Shown here in pieces: positions 1 to 8,783 of a DNA stretch of 64,000 bases. Below the pieces are notes generated by a model. It was not told the DNA's origin. It worked only from the letters and a program-made list of their open reading frames with translations, and searched no databases. Made by a program: the position numbers and the translations under genes. How positions within the stretch are numbered: the first letter of the stretch is position 1; every line of letters starts with the position of its first letter. Origin of the DNA: a virus (taxonomy: Duplodnaviria; Caudoviricetes); the IMG/VR virus record IMGVR_UViG_3300032237_001007, positions 47,021 to 111,020 of that record. One strand, written 5' to 3'.

Positions 1-987
1 GAAGATATATTTAAATATACCAAAGATCAACAAGATATTTCTGATGCTAATGATAAACTCAAAAAACTTGGAAATTTAAAAGGCAAAATATCTCAAAAAA
101 TTTCTAATATTACACATGAACATAAGTTTTTTACTGAAAATACAATTTGTCCAACTTGTACTCAAACAATTGAAGAAGAGTTTCGTTTGAATAGAATTTC
201 TGATGCTAAGACTAATGCAAAAGAACTTCAATCTGGATATGAAGATCTTGAAAAAACAATAAAATTGGAGGAAGAACGAGAGCGTCAGTTTATTGCACTT
301 TCAAAAGAGATCATAAAATTAAATCAAGAAATATCTCAAAATAATACTAAAGTCAATCATAATCAAAGACAAATTAAGGAATTAAATGATGAGATTAAAA
401 AAATTAACGAGCAATTTGAAAATAAAAATAAAGAGCACAAAAAACTAGAAGAATTTAATCAAAGTCTTCAGAAAACATTTGATGATTTGGGAAAGAAAAA
501 GCAAGATGTTGTTTATCATGATTTTGCATATTCTCTTCTAAAAGATGATGGTGTAAAGACAAAAATTATTAAAAAATATTTACCTTTTATTAATCAGCAA
601 GTTAATAGATATTTACGAATGATGGATTTTTATATTAATTTTTATTTAGATTCTGAATTTAATGAAAGTATTAAATCTCCAATTCATGATAATTTTTCTT
701 ATAGTTCTTTTAGTGAAGGTGAAAAATCTCGCATAGATTTATCCATAATTTTTGCTTGGAGAGAAGTTGCAAGAGTTAAAAATTCTATAAATTGTAATAT
801 TCTTTTATTTGATGAAGTTTTTGATTCTTCTTTAGATGGATTTGGTGTAGATGAATTTTTGAAAATTATTAAATTCGTGATTAAAGATTCAAATATTTTT
901 GTAATCTCTCATAAAACAGAATTGCACGATAAGTTTGATACTGTGATTAAATACGAAAAAATAAAGGGATTTAGTAGGACAGTTTAA
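1..987 (+). CDS. gp46: Recombination endonuclease subunit gp46 (Rad50/SbcC-like), 5'-truncated by window edge
   Basis: Frame is open from base 1; CPTC zinc hook near nt 148-159, coiled coil, ABC signature FSEGEK, Walker B LLFDEVFDSSLD, ISH motif. Confidence 0.95.
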   Translation, partial: EDIFKYTKDQQDISDANDKLKKLGNLKGKISQKISNITHEHKFFTENTICPTCTQTIEEEFRLNRISDAKTNAKELQSGYEDLEKTIKLEEERERQFIALSKEIIKLNQEISQNNTKVNHNQRQIKELNDEIKKINEQFENKNKEHKKLEEFNQSLQKTFDDLGKKKQDVVYHDFAYSLLKDDGVKTKIIKKYLPFINQQVNRYLRMMDFYINFYLDSEFNESIKSPIHDNFSYSSFSEGEKSRIDLSIIFAWREVARVKNSINCNILLFDEVFDSSLDGFGVDEFLKIIKFVIKDSNIFVISHKTELHDKFDTVIKYEKIKGFSRTV

Positions 988-1034
988 AAACTGGCACAGT
1001 ATGATGATAGGATTGAGAATTTTATAGATAGAAT
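977..1034 (+). promoter_or_regulatory. Palindromic early-promoter element plus -10 box
   Basis: GGACAGTTtaaaAACTGGCACA at 977-998, TAGAAT at 1029-1034; same motif and spacing recur at 3047, 5328, 5865, 38544, 42862. Confidence 0.65.
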
Positions 1035-1056
1035 ATCCAAGGAATTCATCAAAACC

Positions 1057-1218
1057 ATGGCACACCACAAAATTTGGGAAAGCGGCAGAGAACCTCATCG
1101 TCGTCCCGACAAGGGTAAGAAAAAACCTCAGGCAATTCGGCAAGCGAAAAAAAGAATGAAAAATCTTAAAAAACGCCTCTCTTCTGAGAGGTCTTTTTTT
1201 TATCCAGAATTGATTTAG
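1057..1218 (+). CDS. Small basic hypothetical protein (53 aa, MAHHKIWESG...KPQAIRQAKKR)
   Basis: Hand-translated ORF below the track cut-off, directly after the promoter element. Confidence 0.6.
   Translation: MAHHKIWESGREPHRRPDKGKKKPQAIRQAKKRMKNLKKRLSSERSFFYPELI
1175..1201 (+). terminator. Intrinsic terminator
   Basis: GCCTCTC-ttct-GAGAGGT followed by a T run. Confidence 0.65.
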
Positions 1219-1267
1219 ATTGTTTATTTCCTAAATAAAAATAGGAAAAAATAGAAAAAAAAAAAAA

Positions 1268-3046
1268 ATGAACAAACCTCAAGTTAACGATATGCGTCTT
1301 CTTTATGAATCCGTTTATAATGAAGATCTTAGAGAACAAGTTTATGAATATAATAATACTGTTTATACTGAGGATATTGTAGAAGTTGCAACGGAATATT
1401 TTTATTCCTATGGATTAAATTCTGATGGAATTAATATTTTAATTGAAAATGTAGGTTTGGAACCTTTTGTTGATTTTGTTTATGACTTATCCGAAGATCT
1501 TCATGTTCTTACCGAAGCAAGATCTGCAAAAAAAAGAACTGGTGGAGATTCTTATGCTGATGTAAAAGCAAAAATTGATGCCAAAGAGGCAGCAAAGAAA
1601 GCAGCAAAAGAAGCAGCAACTAAAAAAGTAGAAACAGAAAAAGCAAAACCAGAAACTCGTGGTCCTGAAAGTCAGGCAAAATCACAACAACCAAAATCAC
1701 AAAAACCTGTAAGAGATGCAATTGCACGTAATATCTTTAAAGCAATTCAATCTGCAGGAGATGCTTATAAAGCAGGTGTAGAGCGTCATAAAGCAGCTAC
1801 ACAGAAGGCAGGAGACGCTTATAGAGCAGGTGTAGAGAGGCATAATGCTGCTACTACTACTGCTGGACATCTTGCAAAAGAAACCGGTAAAACAGTTGGT
1901 AAAGCTGCTGAAATTGCCGGGCAGTTTGGTAAAGGATTTGGTTCTGGTGTAGGTATTGTTGCAAAAGCAGGTAAAAGATTGATTGGGGAAGAATTTGAAT
2001 ATATTGATTATTTGACTGAAGAAAATCTTGAAGATATTGCTGAAGAAGTAATTTATGAAATGTTAGATGAGGGATATAATTTTGAAGATATTGAAGATAT
2101 TTTTGTTGAAATTATTTCTGAAGCCAGAGTAACTTATGGTCATGATACTGAAAAACCTGCCAGTAGACTTGATAAAGCATTTAAAGGTGCTTTAGAAAGA
2201 GTTCAAACTGCCGTACAAAATCAAGGAGAAAGAGCAAGAGCATCTGCAATTGCATCTTCAGAACGTGCTAGTGAACGTGGTAAAAAAATAAAAAAAGAAA
2301 TTAATAGTGCAAAACAACAGGCTCATGTTCCAGTTGCAAAATATGCATCTTCTCGTAATTTAATGCCCGGTGCCGGACTGAAGACACAATCTAGTAGGGG
2401 TAGGCAAGAACTTCGGTCTGCAGTTGTTGGAGATGTTGCATCTAGAGTTGGTGAAAAAATTCAAGGCGCCGCATCTAAAACCAAAAAAGGCATAAAGGGA
2501 ATGATTGGATCACTAGCATCTAAAGTTGCATCAGGAGCTTCTAGAGTTGCATCAAGAATGGCAACAGAAGAAGTAGATGTCTACGATGTAATTCTCTCAC
2601 ACCTTCTTGATGAAGGTTATGCTGAGTCTGTAGAACAGGCAGAGGTCATTATGGTGAATATGAGCGAAGAGTGGAGAGATAGTATTGTTGAAGCAACCGT
2701 TGTGGCTCAACAGAGCGGAGTGCCTGGAACAGTTCAAGTTAAACCTGAGCAGCAAGGTGGGATTGGTATTGGACCAATAAAAATTGGTGCAACAACCGTA
2801 AATAAGACTGTTCCTGGATCATTTAAAGCGGGAGGGGTATCTGATACGGATGCTGCTAGATACAATACTAAAATTGACAATCCAAGTATTAGTGCGGCAG
2901 AAAGGCAAAGTCAACTGAATAGAAGTAAACAGAGCGGATTTATACCGCTTTCAAATCCATCTTCTATTCCAGATACTGGTATTCCAGGAAGACCTAGCCC
3001 AGGAAGGGCTGAAGACCAGACTAGAGCAAGAACTAAGGGGTATTAA
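1268..3046 (+). CDS. Putative capsid-internal/virion protein with alternating acidic modules and basic segments
   Basis: Late-type CTAAATA upstream; N-terminal LLYESVY motif; module DVYDVILSHLLDEGYA...MSEEWRDSIVE shared with ORFs at 30486 and 33289. Confidence 0.6.
   Translation: MNKPQVNDMRLLYESVYNEDLREQVYEYNNTVYTEDIVEVATEYFYSYGLNSDGINILIENVGLEPFVDFVYDLSEDLHVLTEARSAKKRTGGDSYADVKAKIDAKEAAKKAAKEAATKKVETEKAKPETRGPESQAKSQQPKSQKPVRDAIARNIFKAIQSAGDAYKAGVERHKAATQKAGDAYRAGVERHNAATTTAGHLAKETGKTVGKAAEIAGQFGKGFGSGVGIVAKAGKRLIGEEFEYIDYLTEENLEDIAEEVIYEMLDEGYNFEDIEDIFVEIISEARVTYGHDTEKPASRLDKAFKGALERVQTAVQNQGERARASAIASSERASERGKKIKKEINSAKQQAHVPVAKYASSRNLMPGAGLKTQSSRGRQELRSAVVGDVASRVGEKIQGAASKTKKGIKGMIGSLASKVASGASRVASRMATEEVDVYDVILSHLLDEGYAESVEQAEVIMVNMSEEWRDSIVEATVVAQQSGVPGTVQVKPEQQGGIGIGPIKIGATTVNKTVPGSFKAGGVSDTDAARYNTKIDNPSISAAERQSQLNRSKQSGFIPLSNPSSIPDTGIPGRPSPGRAEDQTRARTKGY
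1754..1861 (+). repeat. 54-nt in-frame tandem duplication
   Basis: AGDAYKAGVERHKAATQK / AGDAYRAGVERHNAATTT. Confidence 0.8.
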
Positions 3047-3102
3047 TCCACTTTCCAAACTGGCACACTAGAGGGTCTCACCACCCTCTTTTTTTGTATA
3101 AT
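3047..3102 (+). promoter_or_regulatory. Palindromic element, terminator hairpin and -10 box
   Basis: TCCACTTtccaAACTGGCACA, then AGAGGGT-ctcacc-ACCCTCT-T6, then TATAAT 3097-3102. Confidence 0.7.
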
Positions 3103-3125
3103 TGGATCAAATACATCAAAAACAA

Positions 3126-5300
3126 ATGAACGTCAATTACGAAATCAAAGGAATGCTTGCCAAACTTCTGGCGGAAGAAGATATTGTAGTGGAGCATAAG
3201 AAAGTAGAGACCGCTTGTTTTAATGTTCATACTCGGGTGCTTACACTTCCTATGTGGAAAGCAAGCAGTACTGTTGTGGATCTTCTTGTAGCACACGAGG
3301 TGGGGCATTCAAGAGAGACCCCCGATGTTGACTGGACTAAAGATTATAAAATCCCCCCACAGTTTGTAAATGTGACTGAGGACGCACGAGTTGAAAAATT
3401 GATGAAGCGTCGTTATTCTGGTCTTTCTAAAACCTTTTATAATGGTTACAAAGAACTCAATCAGCAAGACTTTTTCTGCATTCAAGATGAAGATATTTCT
3501 AAATTTAATCTCGCCGACCGCGCCAATCTTTACTTTAAAATTGGAAACTTTATTCCTCTGGAGTTTACTTCCGAAGAAGATGAAATTATCAATTTGATCG
3601 GATCTGCCGAAACTTTTGAAGATGCTTTGAATGCAGCAGAAGTTCTTTATAAGTACTGTGAAAAAGATCAAGAAGAAAAAGAAAAGATTTCTGATACTAC
3701 TGCTGATGAAATCGGAAATTCAAAATCTCCTTCCGATAATCCTGAAGAAAGTTCTTTTCAAAATCAAAATGAAGAACAAACTTCTGATCTTTCTCAATCA
3801 TCATCAAATCAAAATCAAAATAAATCAGATGAATCTGAGAATTCTCAAAAACCTTCTCAGAAAGAATCTTCTTATCGTGATAAAGAACCAGAGGTTCAGA
3901 CGATGAATAATCTTGAAAATAAGATCAAAGATCTCGTAAATAATGATAACTCTATTGAAAATATCTATGTTGAAGTTCCTCAAGTAAATCTTGACACCGT
4001 AATTGCAAAAAATGAAAAAGTTCATAAAGAAATTGATGGATTTTTCAAGGTGCAACAAAAACGTTATGCCGATTATTATGGTATTGGAAGTAGTCCTTTT
4101 ACGAAAGCAGATCAAAAATTTAAAGAGTTTAAATCATCTTCTCAAAGGGAAGTTAATTATCTGGTAAAAGAATTTGAATGTCATAAGGCAGCAGATTCTT
4201 ATTCTCGTGCTTCCACTGCTCGTACCGGATCACTTGATACTTCTCGTCTACATTCATATAAATTCAGTGAAGATCTATTTAAAAAAGTTACCATTCTTCC
4301 TGATGGTAAGAATCACGGACTTGTATTCATTTTGGATTGGAGTGGATCAATGTCAGAAGTTCTTATTGATACTTGTAAACAACTTTTTAATCTTGTATGG
4401 TTTTGTAAAAAAGTTTCAATTCCTTTTGAAGTTTATGCATTTACTTTGTGTTGGAATGGAATTGAAATTAATTATGGAACCAATGAACGCAAACCAGCAG
4501 AATTTAAACCTCATTATCAACCAAAAGAGGGAATTCTTACTGTTGATCCATCATTTTCTCTCATGAATCTTCTTACAAGTAAAGTATCTGGTAAAGAACT
4601 AGAGCATCAAATTCTTAATATTTGGAGAGTTGCTTATTCTTTGACTAGGAGTTATTCTTGCGAATATACTTTTCCAAATCGTCTTTCTCTTTCTGGTACT
4701 CCTTTGAATGAAAGTTTAATTTCTTTGTATCAAATTCTTCCTAAATTTCAACAAGATAATAAACTTCAAAAAGTTCATTGCATTATTTTGACTGATGGAG
4801 AAGCAGAGCATATTAATTATCACTGTGAAGTGAAACGTCCTTATCAAACAGATCCTTATATGGGTGTTCGTCATACTTATCCTGGGCGTACTTATCTTAG
4901 GGATAGGAAAATTGGAACTACTTATAAGTATGAGGATGGATATTTTAGTGATATTATTCTTAAAAATCTGAAGGATAGATTTCCTACCGTTAATTTTATT
5001 GGAATGCGTATTCTTTTTGGAAGAGATGTCAATCGTTTTGTTCAACACTATCATTCCATTTCCGATAAACAATATGAAATTATTCAAAAAGACTGGAAAA
5101 AATTGAAAAGTTTTACTATTACTGCTTCAGGTTATGATGCATACTTTGGACTTTCGGCAAATGCTCTTTCTCAAGATGCTGAGTTTGAAGTTGCTGAATG
5201 TGCAACAAAGTCTCAGATTAAATCTGCATTTGTTAAAAGTCTTAAATCTAAAAAAATGAATAAAAAAGTTCTTGGTGATTTTATTTCTTTGGTAACATAA
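3126..5300 (+). CDS. Metallopeptidase-like/VWA-domain protein (CobT-like partner of the AAA+ ATPase)
   Basis: HEVGH (HExxH) near N-terminus, acidic linker, MIDAS motifs DWSGS, GTP, LTDGE; start moved to ATG 3126 downstream of the -10 box. Confidence 0.85.
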   Translation: MNVNYEIKGMLAKLLAEEDIVVEHKKVETACFNVHTRVLTLPMWKASSTVVDLLVAHEVGHSRETPDVDWTKDYKIPPQFVNVTEDARVEKLMKRRYSGLSKTFYNGYKELNQQDFFCIQDEDISKFNLADRANLYFKIGNFIPLEFTSEEDEIINLIGSAETFEDALNAAEVLYKYCEKDQEEKEKISDTTADEIGNSKSPSDNPEESSFQNQNEEQTSDLSQSSSNQNQNKSDESENSQKPSQKESSYRDKEPEVQTMNNLENKIKDLVNNDNSIENIYVEVPQVNLDTVIAKNEKVHKEIDGFFKVQQKRYADYYGIGSSPFTKADQKFKEFKSSSQREVNYLVKEFECHKAADSYSRASTARTGSLDTSRLHSYKFSEDLFKKVTILPDGKNHGLVFILDWSGSMSEVLIDTCKQLFNLVWFCKKVSIPFEVYAFTLCWNGIEINYGTNERKPAEFKPHYQPKEGILTVDPSFSLMNLLTSKVSGKELEHQILNIWRVAYSLTRSYSCEYTFPNRLSLSGTPLNESLISLYQILPKFQQDNKLQKVHCIILTDGEAEHINYHCEVKRPYQTDPYMGVRHTYPGRTYLRDRKIGTTYKYEDGYFSDIILKNLKDRFPTVNFIGMRILFGRDVNRFVQHYHSISDKQYEIIQKDWKKLKSFTITASGYDAYFGLSANALSQDAEFEVAECATKSQIKSAFVKSLKSKKMNKKVLGDFISLVT

Positions 5301-5327
5301 TGGGAGGTAATCTCTCTTTGCGGAGAT

Positions 5328-5385
5328 TGTGCCAATTATAAAACTGTCACAGGGGGCACCACCGCCCCCTTTTTGCTGTTATGAT
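5328..5385 (+). promoter_or_regulatory. Palindromic element, terminator hairpin and -10 box
   Basis: TGTGCCAATTataaAACTGTCACA, AGGGGGC-accacc-GCCCCCT-T4, TATGAT 5380-5385. Confidence 0.7.
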
Positions 5386-5388
5386 AAA

Positions 5389-5421
5389 CAGATGAAGACA
5401 TATAAATAATAGTATCATCTG
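5389..5421 (+). promoter_or_regulatory. T4-type late promoter (TATAAATA 5401-5408) inside an inverted repeat upstream of the HNH gene
   Basis: CAGATGA (5389-5395) / TCATCTG (5415-5421) flank TATAAATA; ATG at 5432. Confidence 0.65.
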
Positions 5422-5431
5422 ATATATAAAA

Positions 5432-5893
5432 ATGGAAAACGAAAATAGAAATAAAAAAGAAAGAGAACGGTATTCTAAAAAAATTCAAGACCCCAATTTT
5501 AAAGAACAAAAAAGAAAAAAAGATTTGGAATATTACCATAAAAATAAAAAAACAAGAGTTTCTAAACAAATAGGAAGAAGAAAGGAACTTTTAAATGAAG
5601 CAAAGGAAAAACTTGGTGGAAAATGTGTTTGTTGTGGAACTCTTGAAAATCTTGAATTTGACCATATTGATGATGCTAAAAAGGAACATAATGTTGCAAA
5701 TGCTGTTCGTAATACAAGAGAAGTTTTTTGGAATGAAGTTGAAAAGTGTCAGTTATTATGTGTAAAATGTCACAACAAAAAAACAACCGCTCAAAAAAGA
5801 GCAAAACAAAATTTTTGGTTAAGTTTGTCTTTTCAAAAGAGGGAAGAATTGGTAAATGCGGAGATGTGCCAGTTAGAGAACTGTCCAGTATGA
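5432..5893 (+). CDS. Free-standing HNH (putative homing) endonuclease
   Basis: CxxC...LEFDHID...N...CQLLCVKCHNKKT zinc-binding HNH signature; sits between two normally linked genes. Confidence 0.85.
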   Translation: MENENRNKKERERYSKKIQDPNFKEQKRKKDLEYYHKNKKTRVSKQIGRRKELLNEAKEKLGGKCVCCGTLENLEFDHIDDAKKEHNVANAVRNTREVFWNEVEKCQLLCVKCHNKKTTAQKRAKQNFWLSLSFQKREELVNAEMCQLENCPV

Positions 5894-5923
5894 TCTCTAA
5901 GTGTGGCAGTTATGTTCTATAAT
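5865..5923 (+). promoter_or_regulatory. Palindromic element plus -10 box for cobS
   Basis: TGTGCCAGTTagagAACTGTCCA then TATAAT 5918-5923. Confidence 0.7.
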
Positions 5924-5952
5924 AACTTCAGTTAAACAAAACAAATTACATT

Positions 5953-7098
5953 ATGTCTCGCACCAAAATGACTGACCAACAAATTATTTCTGGCCTTAAA
6001 GAAAATTTTGGCACAGAATTGACTGCTGCTGATATTAAAGGTTTTTGCGCCGCTAAAAATCTTTCTTATCCTACTGTGACCCGTCGTCTTGAAAAGTTTA
6101 AGACTAATCGTGGTCGGTGGAACTTGGAGGTTACTGCTAAAGATATTGAAAATCTTGAAAATACTTATGTTGCCTCTTCTGTTCCTGGTATTGGCATTAT
6201 TGAAGCAGTAAAACAAAATCTTATCCCCGACAAAGATGATACCTTCGTCAAGTTTGGTAATTTTAATGACATTAAAAAAATTATTCAGTCCCGTCTTTTT
6301 TATCCTACGTTTATTACGGGTCTTTCGGGTAATGGTAAAACGTTCAGTGTGGAGCAAGCTTGTGCTCAACTAAGTCGGGAATTGATTCGGGTTAATGTTA
6401 CGATTGAAACTGATTCTGACGATTTGCTTGGTGGTTTTCGTTTGGTAAATGGTGAAACTGTCTGGCATAATGGTCCCGTTGTAGAAGCACTGGAACGTGG
6501 TGCAATTCTTCTGTTGGATGAGATTGATCTTGCTTCCAATAAGATTTTGTGTCTCCAATCAATTCTGGAAGGTAAAGGTGTATTCTTGAAAAAGATTGGT
6601 AAGTTTGTAAAACCTGTTGCTGGTTTCAACGTAGTTGCCACTGCAAACACCAAGGGCAAGGGTTCTGATGATGGACGCTTCATCGGCACCAACGTTCTGA
6701 ATGAGGCGTTCCTAGAGCGTTTCCCTGTAACCTTTGAGCAGTCATATCCTCCCCTCACTATTGAACAGAAGATCCTTGAGGGTATTTCTTTGGATCTTGG
6801 TCTTGAGGATCGTGATTTCTGCAAGCGTCTTTGTGATTGGTCGGATGTGATCCGTAAGACGTTCTATGATGGTGGTATTGAGGAAATCATCAGCACCCGC
6901 CGCCTGGTTCATATCATTCGTGCATATAGTATTTTTGGTGATAAAGCAAAGGCAATTCAAGTTTGCATTAATAGATTTGATGATGAAACCAAACAGGCAT
7001 TCTTGGAACTCTATGATAAGATTGATGTAGATTTCCAAATGCCTACTGAGGTGTCAAACGAAGTTCTTCCAAACCTTGACACCCCTAGTCCTTTCTGA
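5953..7098 (+). CDS. cobS: CobS-like MoxR-family AAA+ ATPase
   Basis: Walker A GLSGNGKT, Walker B LLLDEID, ATANT, AFLERF, STRRL. Confidence 0.92.
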   Translation: MSRTKMTDQQIISGLKENFGTELTAADIKGFCAAKNLSYPTVTRRLEKFKTNRGRWNLEVTAKDIENLENTYVASSVPGIGIIEAVKQNLIPDKDDTFVKFGNFNDIKKIIQSRLFYPTFITGLSGNGKTFSVEQACAQLSRELIRVNVTIETDSDDLLGGFRLVNGETVWHNGPVVEALERGAILLLDEIDLASNKILCLQSILEGKGVFLKKIGKFVKPVAGFNVVATANTKGKGSDDGRFIGTNVLNEAFLERFPVTFEQSYPPLTIEQKILEGISLDLGLEDRDFCKRLCDWSDVIRKTFYDGGIEEIISTRRLVHIIRAYSIFGDKAKAIQVCINRFDDETKQAFLELYDKIDVDFQMPTEVSNEVLPNLDTPSPF

Positions 7099-7104
7099 TA
7101 TAAT
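7076..7104 (+). promoter_or_regulatory. Sigma70-type promoter
   Basis: TTGACA-17 nt-TATAAT. Confidence 0.75.
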
Positions 7105-7119
7105 TGGGGGAGGTTAATT

Positions 7120-7545
7120 ATGACTTCCCCCCCTTTTTATTTTATGGAACAAAACAAAAACACTATGAGTCAGAATGAACATAGTGGATACTTTGAACTT
7201 AATCAAACAATTTTAGATATGCCTGAAAAATCTATTCATCTCTGGAAGTATAACGAAGATAAAATTCTTAAAGAAATTAGAGAATATGTGACAGCAACTT
7301 ATAAGAGTCATTATTGTGGAAGCGATAAAAGTTATCGTGATATTCAAACGATAGATTTGATGGCAGCAAAAGAACTTGCCGCAAACTTCTGTCAGGCGAA
7401 TATCTTAAAATATGGTTCTCGCTATGGACAAAAAGATGGGCGCAATAAGATTGATCTTCTTAAAGTCATTCATTATGCTATGCTTCTTCTTCACTTTGAT
7501 GGTCATTATTCTCGTCAAGATAATGGTCTTTCTGAATTCCACTGA
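7120..7545 (+). CDS. DUF3310-like conserved phage protein (true start may be a later ATG)
   Basis: SHY...IQTID...FCQANILKYGSRYGQKDG...DLLKVIHY. Confidence 0.75.
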   Translation: MTSPPFYFMEQNKNTMSQNEHSGYFELNQTILDMPEKSIHLWKYNEDKILKEIREYVTATYKSHYCGSDKSYRDIQTIDLMAAKELAANFCQANILKYGSRYGQKDGRNKIDLLKVIHYAMLLLHFDGHYSRQDNGLSEFH

Positions 7546-7547
7546 TT

Positions 7548-8237
7548 ATGAAACTCAAAAATAAAACTATGAAACTCTCTGACAAGACTCTAAATATTCT
7601 CAAGAACTTTGCTAACATCAATAATTCCATTCTTGTGAAGGAGGGTAATCGTCTTCGCACGATTTCTGTTGCTAAAAATATTCTTGCCGAGGCGGAAATT
7701 ACCGAAGAGTTTCCTCGTGACTTTGCGATTTATGATCTCAATCAGTTTCTAAACGGGTTGAGTCTTCATCAAGATCCTGATCTTGATTTTACTGAAGAGA
7801 CTTATATCAATATTCGTGAAGGTAAACGTAGGGTGAAGTATTTCTATGCCGATCCGAATGTGATCGTTTCTCCTCCAGAAAAAGAAATCCAACTTCCTTC
7901 CCAAGATATTTGTTTTCAACTTGATAGTGTAACTCTTGAGAAATTGATCAAGGCGGCGGCAGTTTATCAACTTCCCGATCTTTCTGCCGTTGGTGAAGCA
8001 GGAGTTATCCGGTTGGTGGTTCGTGATAAAAAGAACGATACTTCAAACGAGTATTCTATCATTGTAGGAGAAACCGATAAGGAGTTTACTTTCAACTTTA
8101 AGGTTGAAAATATTAAGATTATTCCTGGAGCCTATGATGTTGTGGTGTCTTCTAAACTTTTATCACAGTTTAAGAACACCAAGTATAATCTTTGCTATTA
8201 TATTGCTCTGGAACCTGATTCATCATTTTCTAATTGA
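7548..8237 (+). CDS. gp45: Sliding clamp
   Basis: MKLSDKTLNILKNFANINNSI N-terminus, YYIALE C-terminus, synteny with gp44/gp62/regA. Confidence 0.95.
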   Translation: MKLKNKTMKLSDKTLNILKNFANINNSILVKEGNRLRTISVAKNILAEAEITEEFPRDFAIYDLNQFLNGLSLHQDPDLDFTEETYINIREGKRRVKYFYADPNVIVSPPEKEIQLPSQDICFQLDSVTLEKLIKAAAVYQLPDLSAVGEAGVIRLVVRDKKNDTSNEYSIIVGETDKEFTFNFKVENIKIIPGAYDVVVSSKLLSQFKNTKYNLCYYIALEPDSSFSN

Positions 8238-8252
8238 TTTTTACCATATAAT

Positions 8253-8780
8253 ATGAATATTTTTGTGACCGACGAGTGCCCAGTGCTTTCTGCGGCAGAA
8301 CTTCCTGATAAACATATTGTGAAAATGCCCCTGGAGACTTGTCAGATGGTCTCTGTCATCTTTTCCAAGTGGTACTATGATTGGGGGTATATTCCCAAGA
8401 AGGACGGTTTTCCTTACAGTACGGAGAAGGGTGCCTTCCGTAATCATCCCTGTACTCAATGGGCAGCAAAATCCCATGAGAACCTTGCTTGGTTGATTAG
8501 GCACGGTTTTGCTCTTTGTAATGAGTATCGGCATCGTTATGGTAAAGGACATGCCTGTATGCAAGGACTTGAAGTTGCTGAGAATATCTTTGCTACTAAA
8601 AGTGGAAAGGAGATTTCTATCTACAAAAATGTGGTAGAATTCACAAGGGCAATGCCCGATGAATGGAAGTACGATACAACAATTGATACCTTTGAGGCAT
8701 ATAGAAGATATATTGCTTCAAAACCTTGGGTTGCAGATAATTATCTTCGCATCCCTTCCAGAAAACCTGATTGGATCTAA
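8253..8780 (+). CDS. Pyrimidine-dimer DNA glycosylase-like protein
   Basis: MNIF...DKHIVKMPLETCQM, NHPCTQWA, EYRHRYGKGH, AMPDE, AYRRY motifs. Confidence 0.7.
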   Translation: MNIFVTDECPVLSAAELPDKHIVKMPLETCQMVSVIFSKWYYDWGYIPKKDGFPYSTEKGAFRNHPCTQWAAKSHENLAWLIRHGFALCNEYRHRYGKGHACMQGLEVAENIFATKSGKEISIYKNVVEFTRAMPDEWKYDTTIDTFEAYRRYIASKPWVADNYLRIPSRKPDWI

Positions 8781-8783
8781 ATT

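Noticed and set aside
5953-7098. Cobalamin biosynthesis role for cobS
   Set aside because: No cobN or other cob genes here; pairing with a VWA protein fits a MoxR-type chaperone
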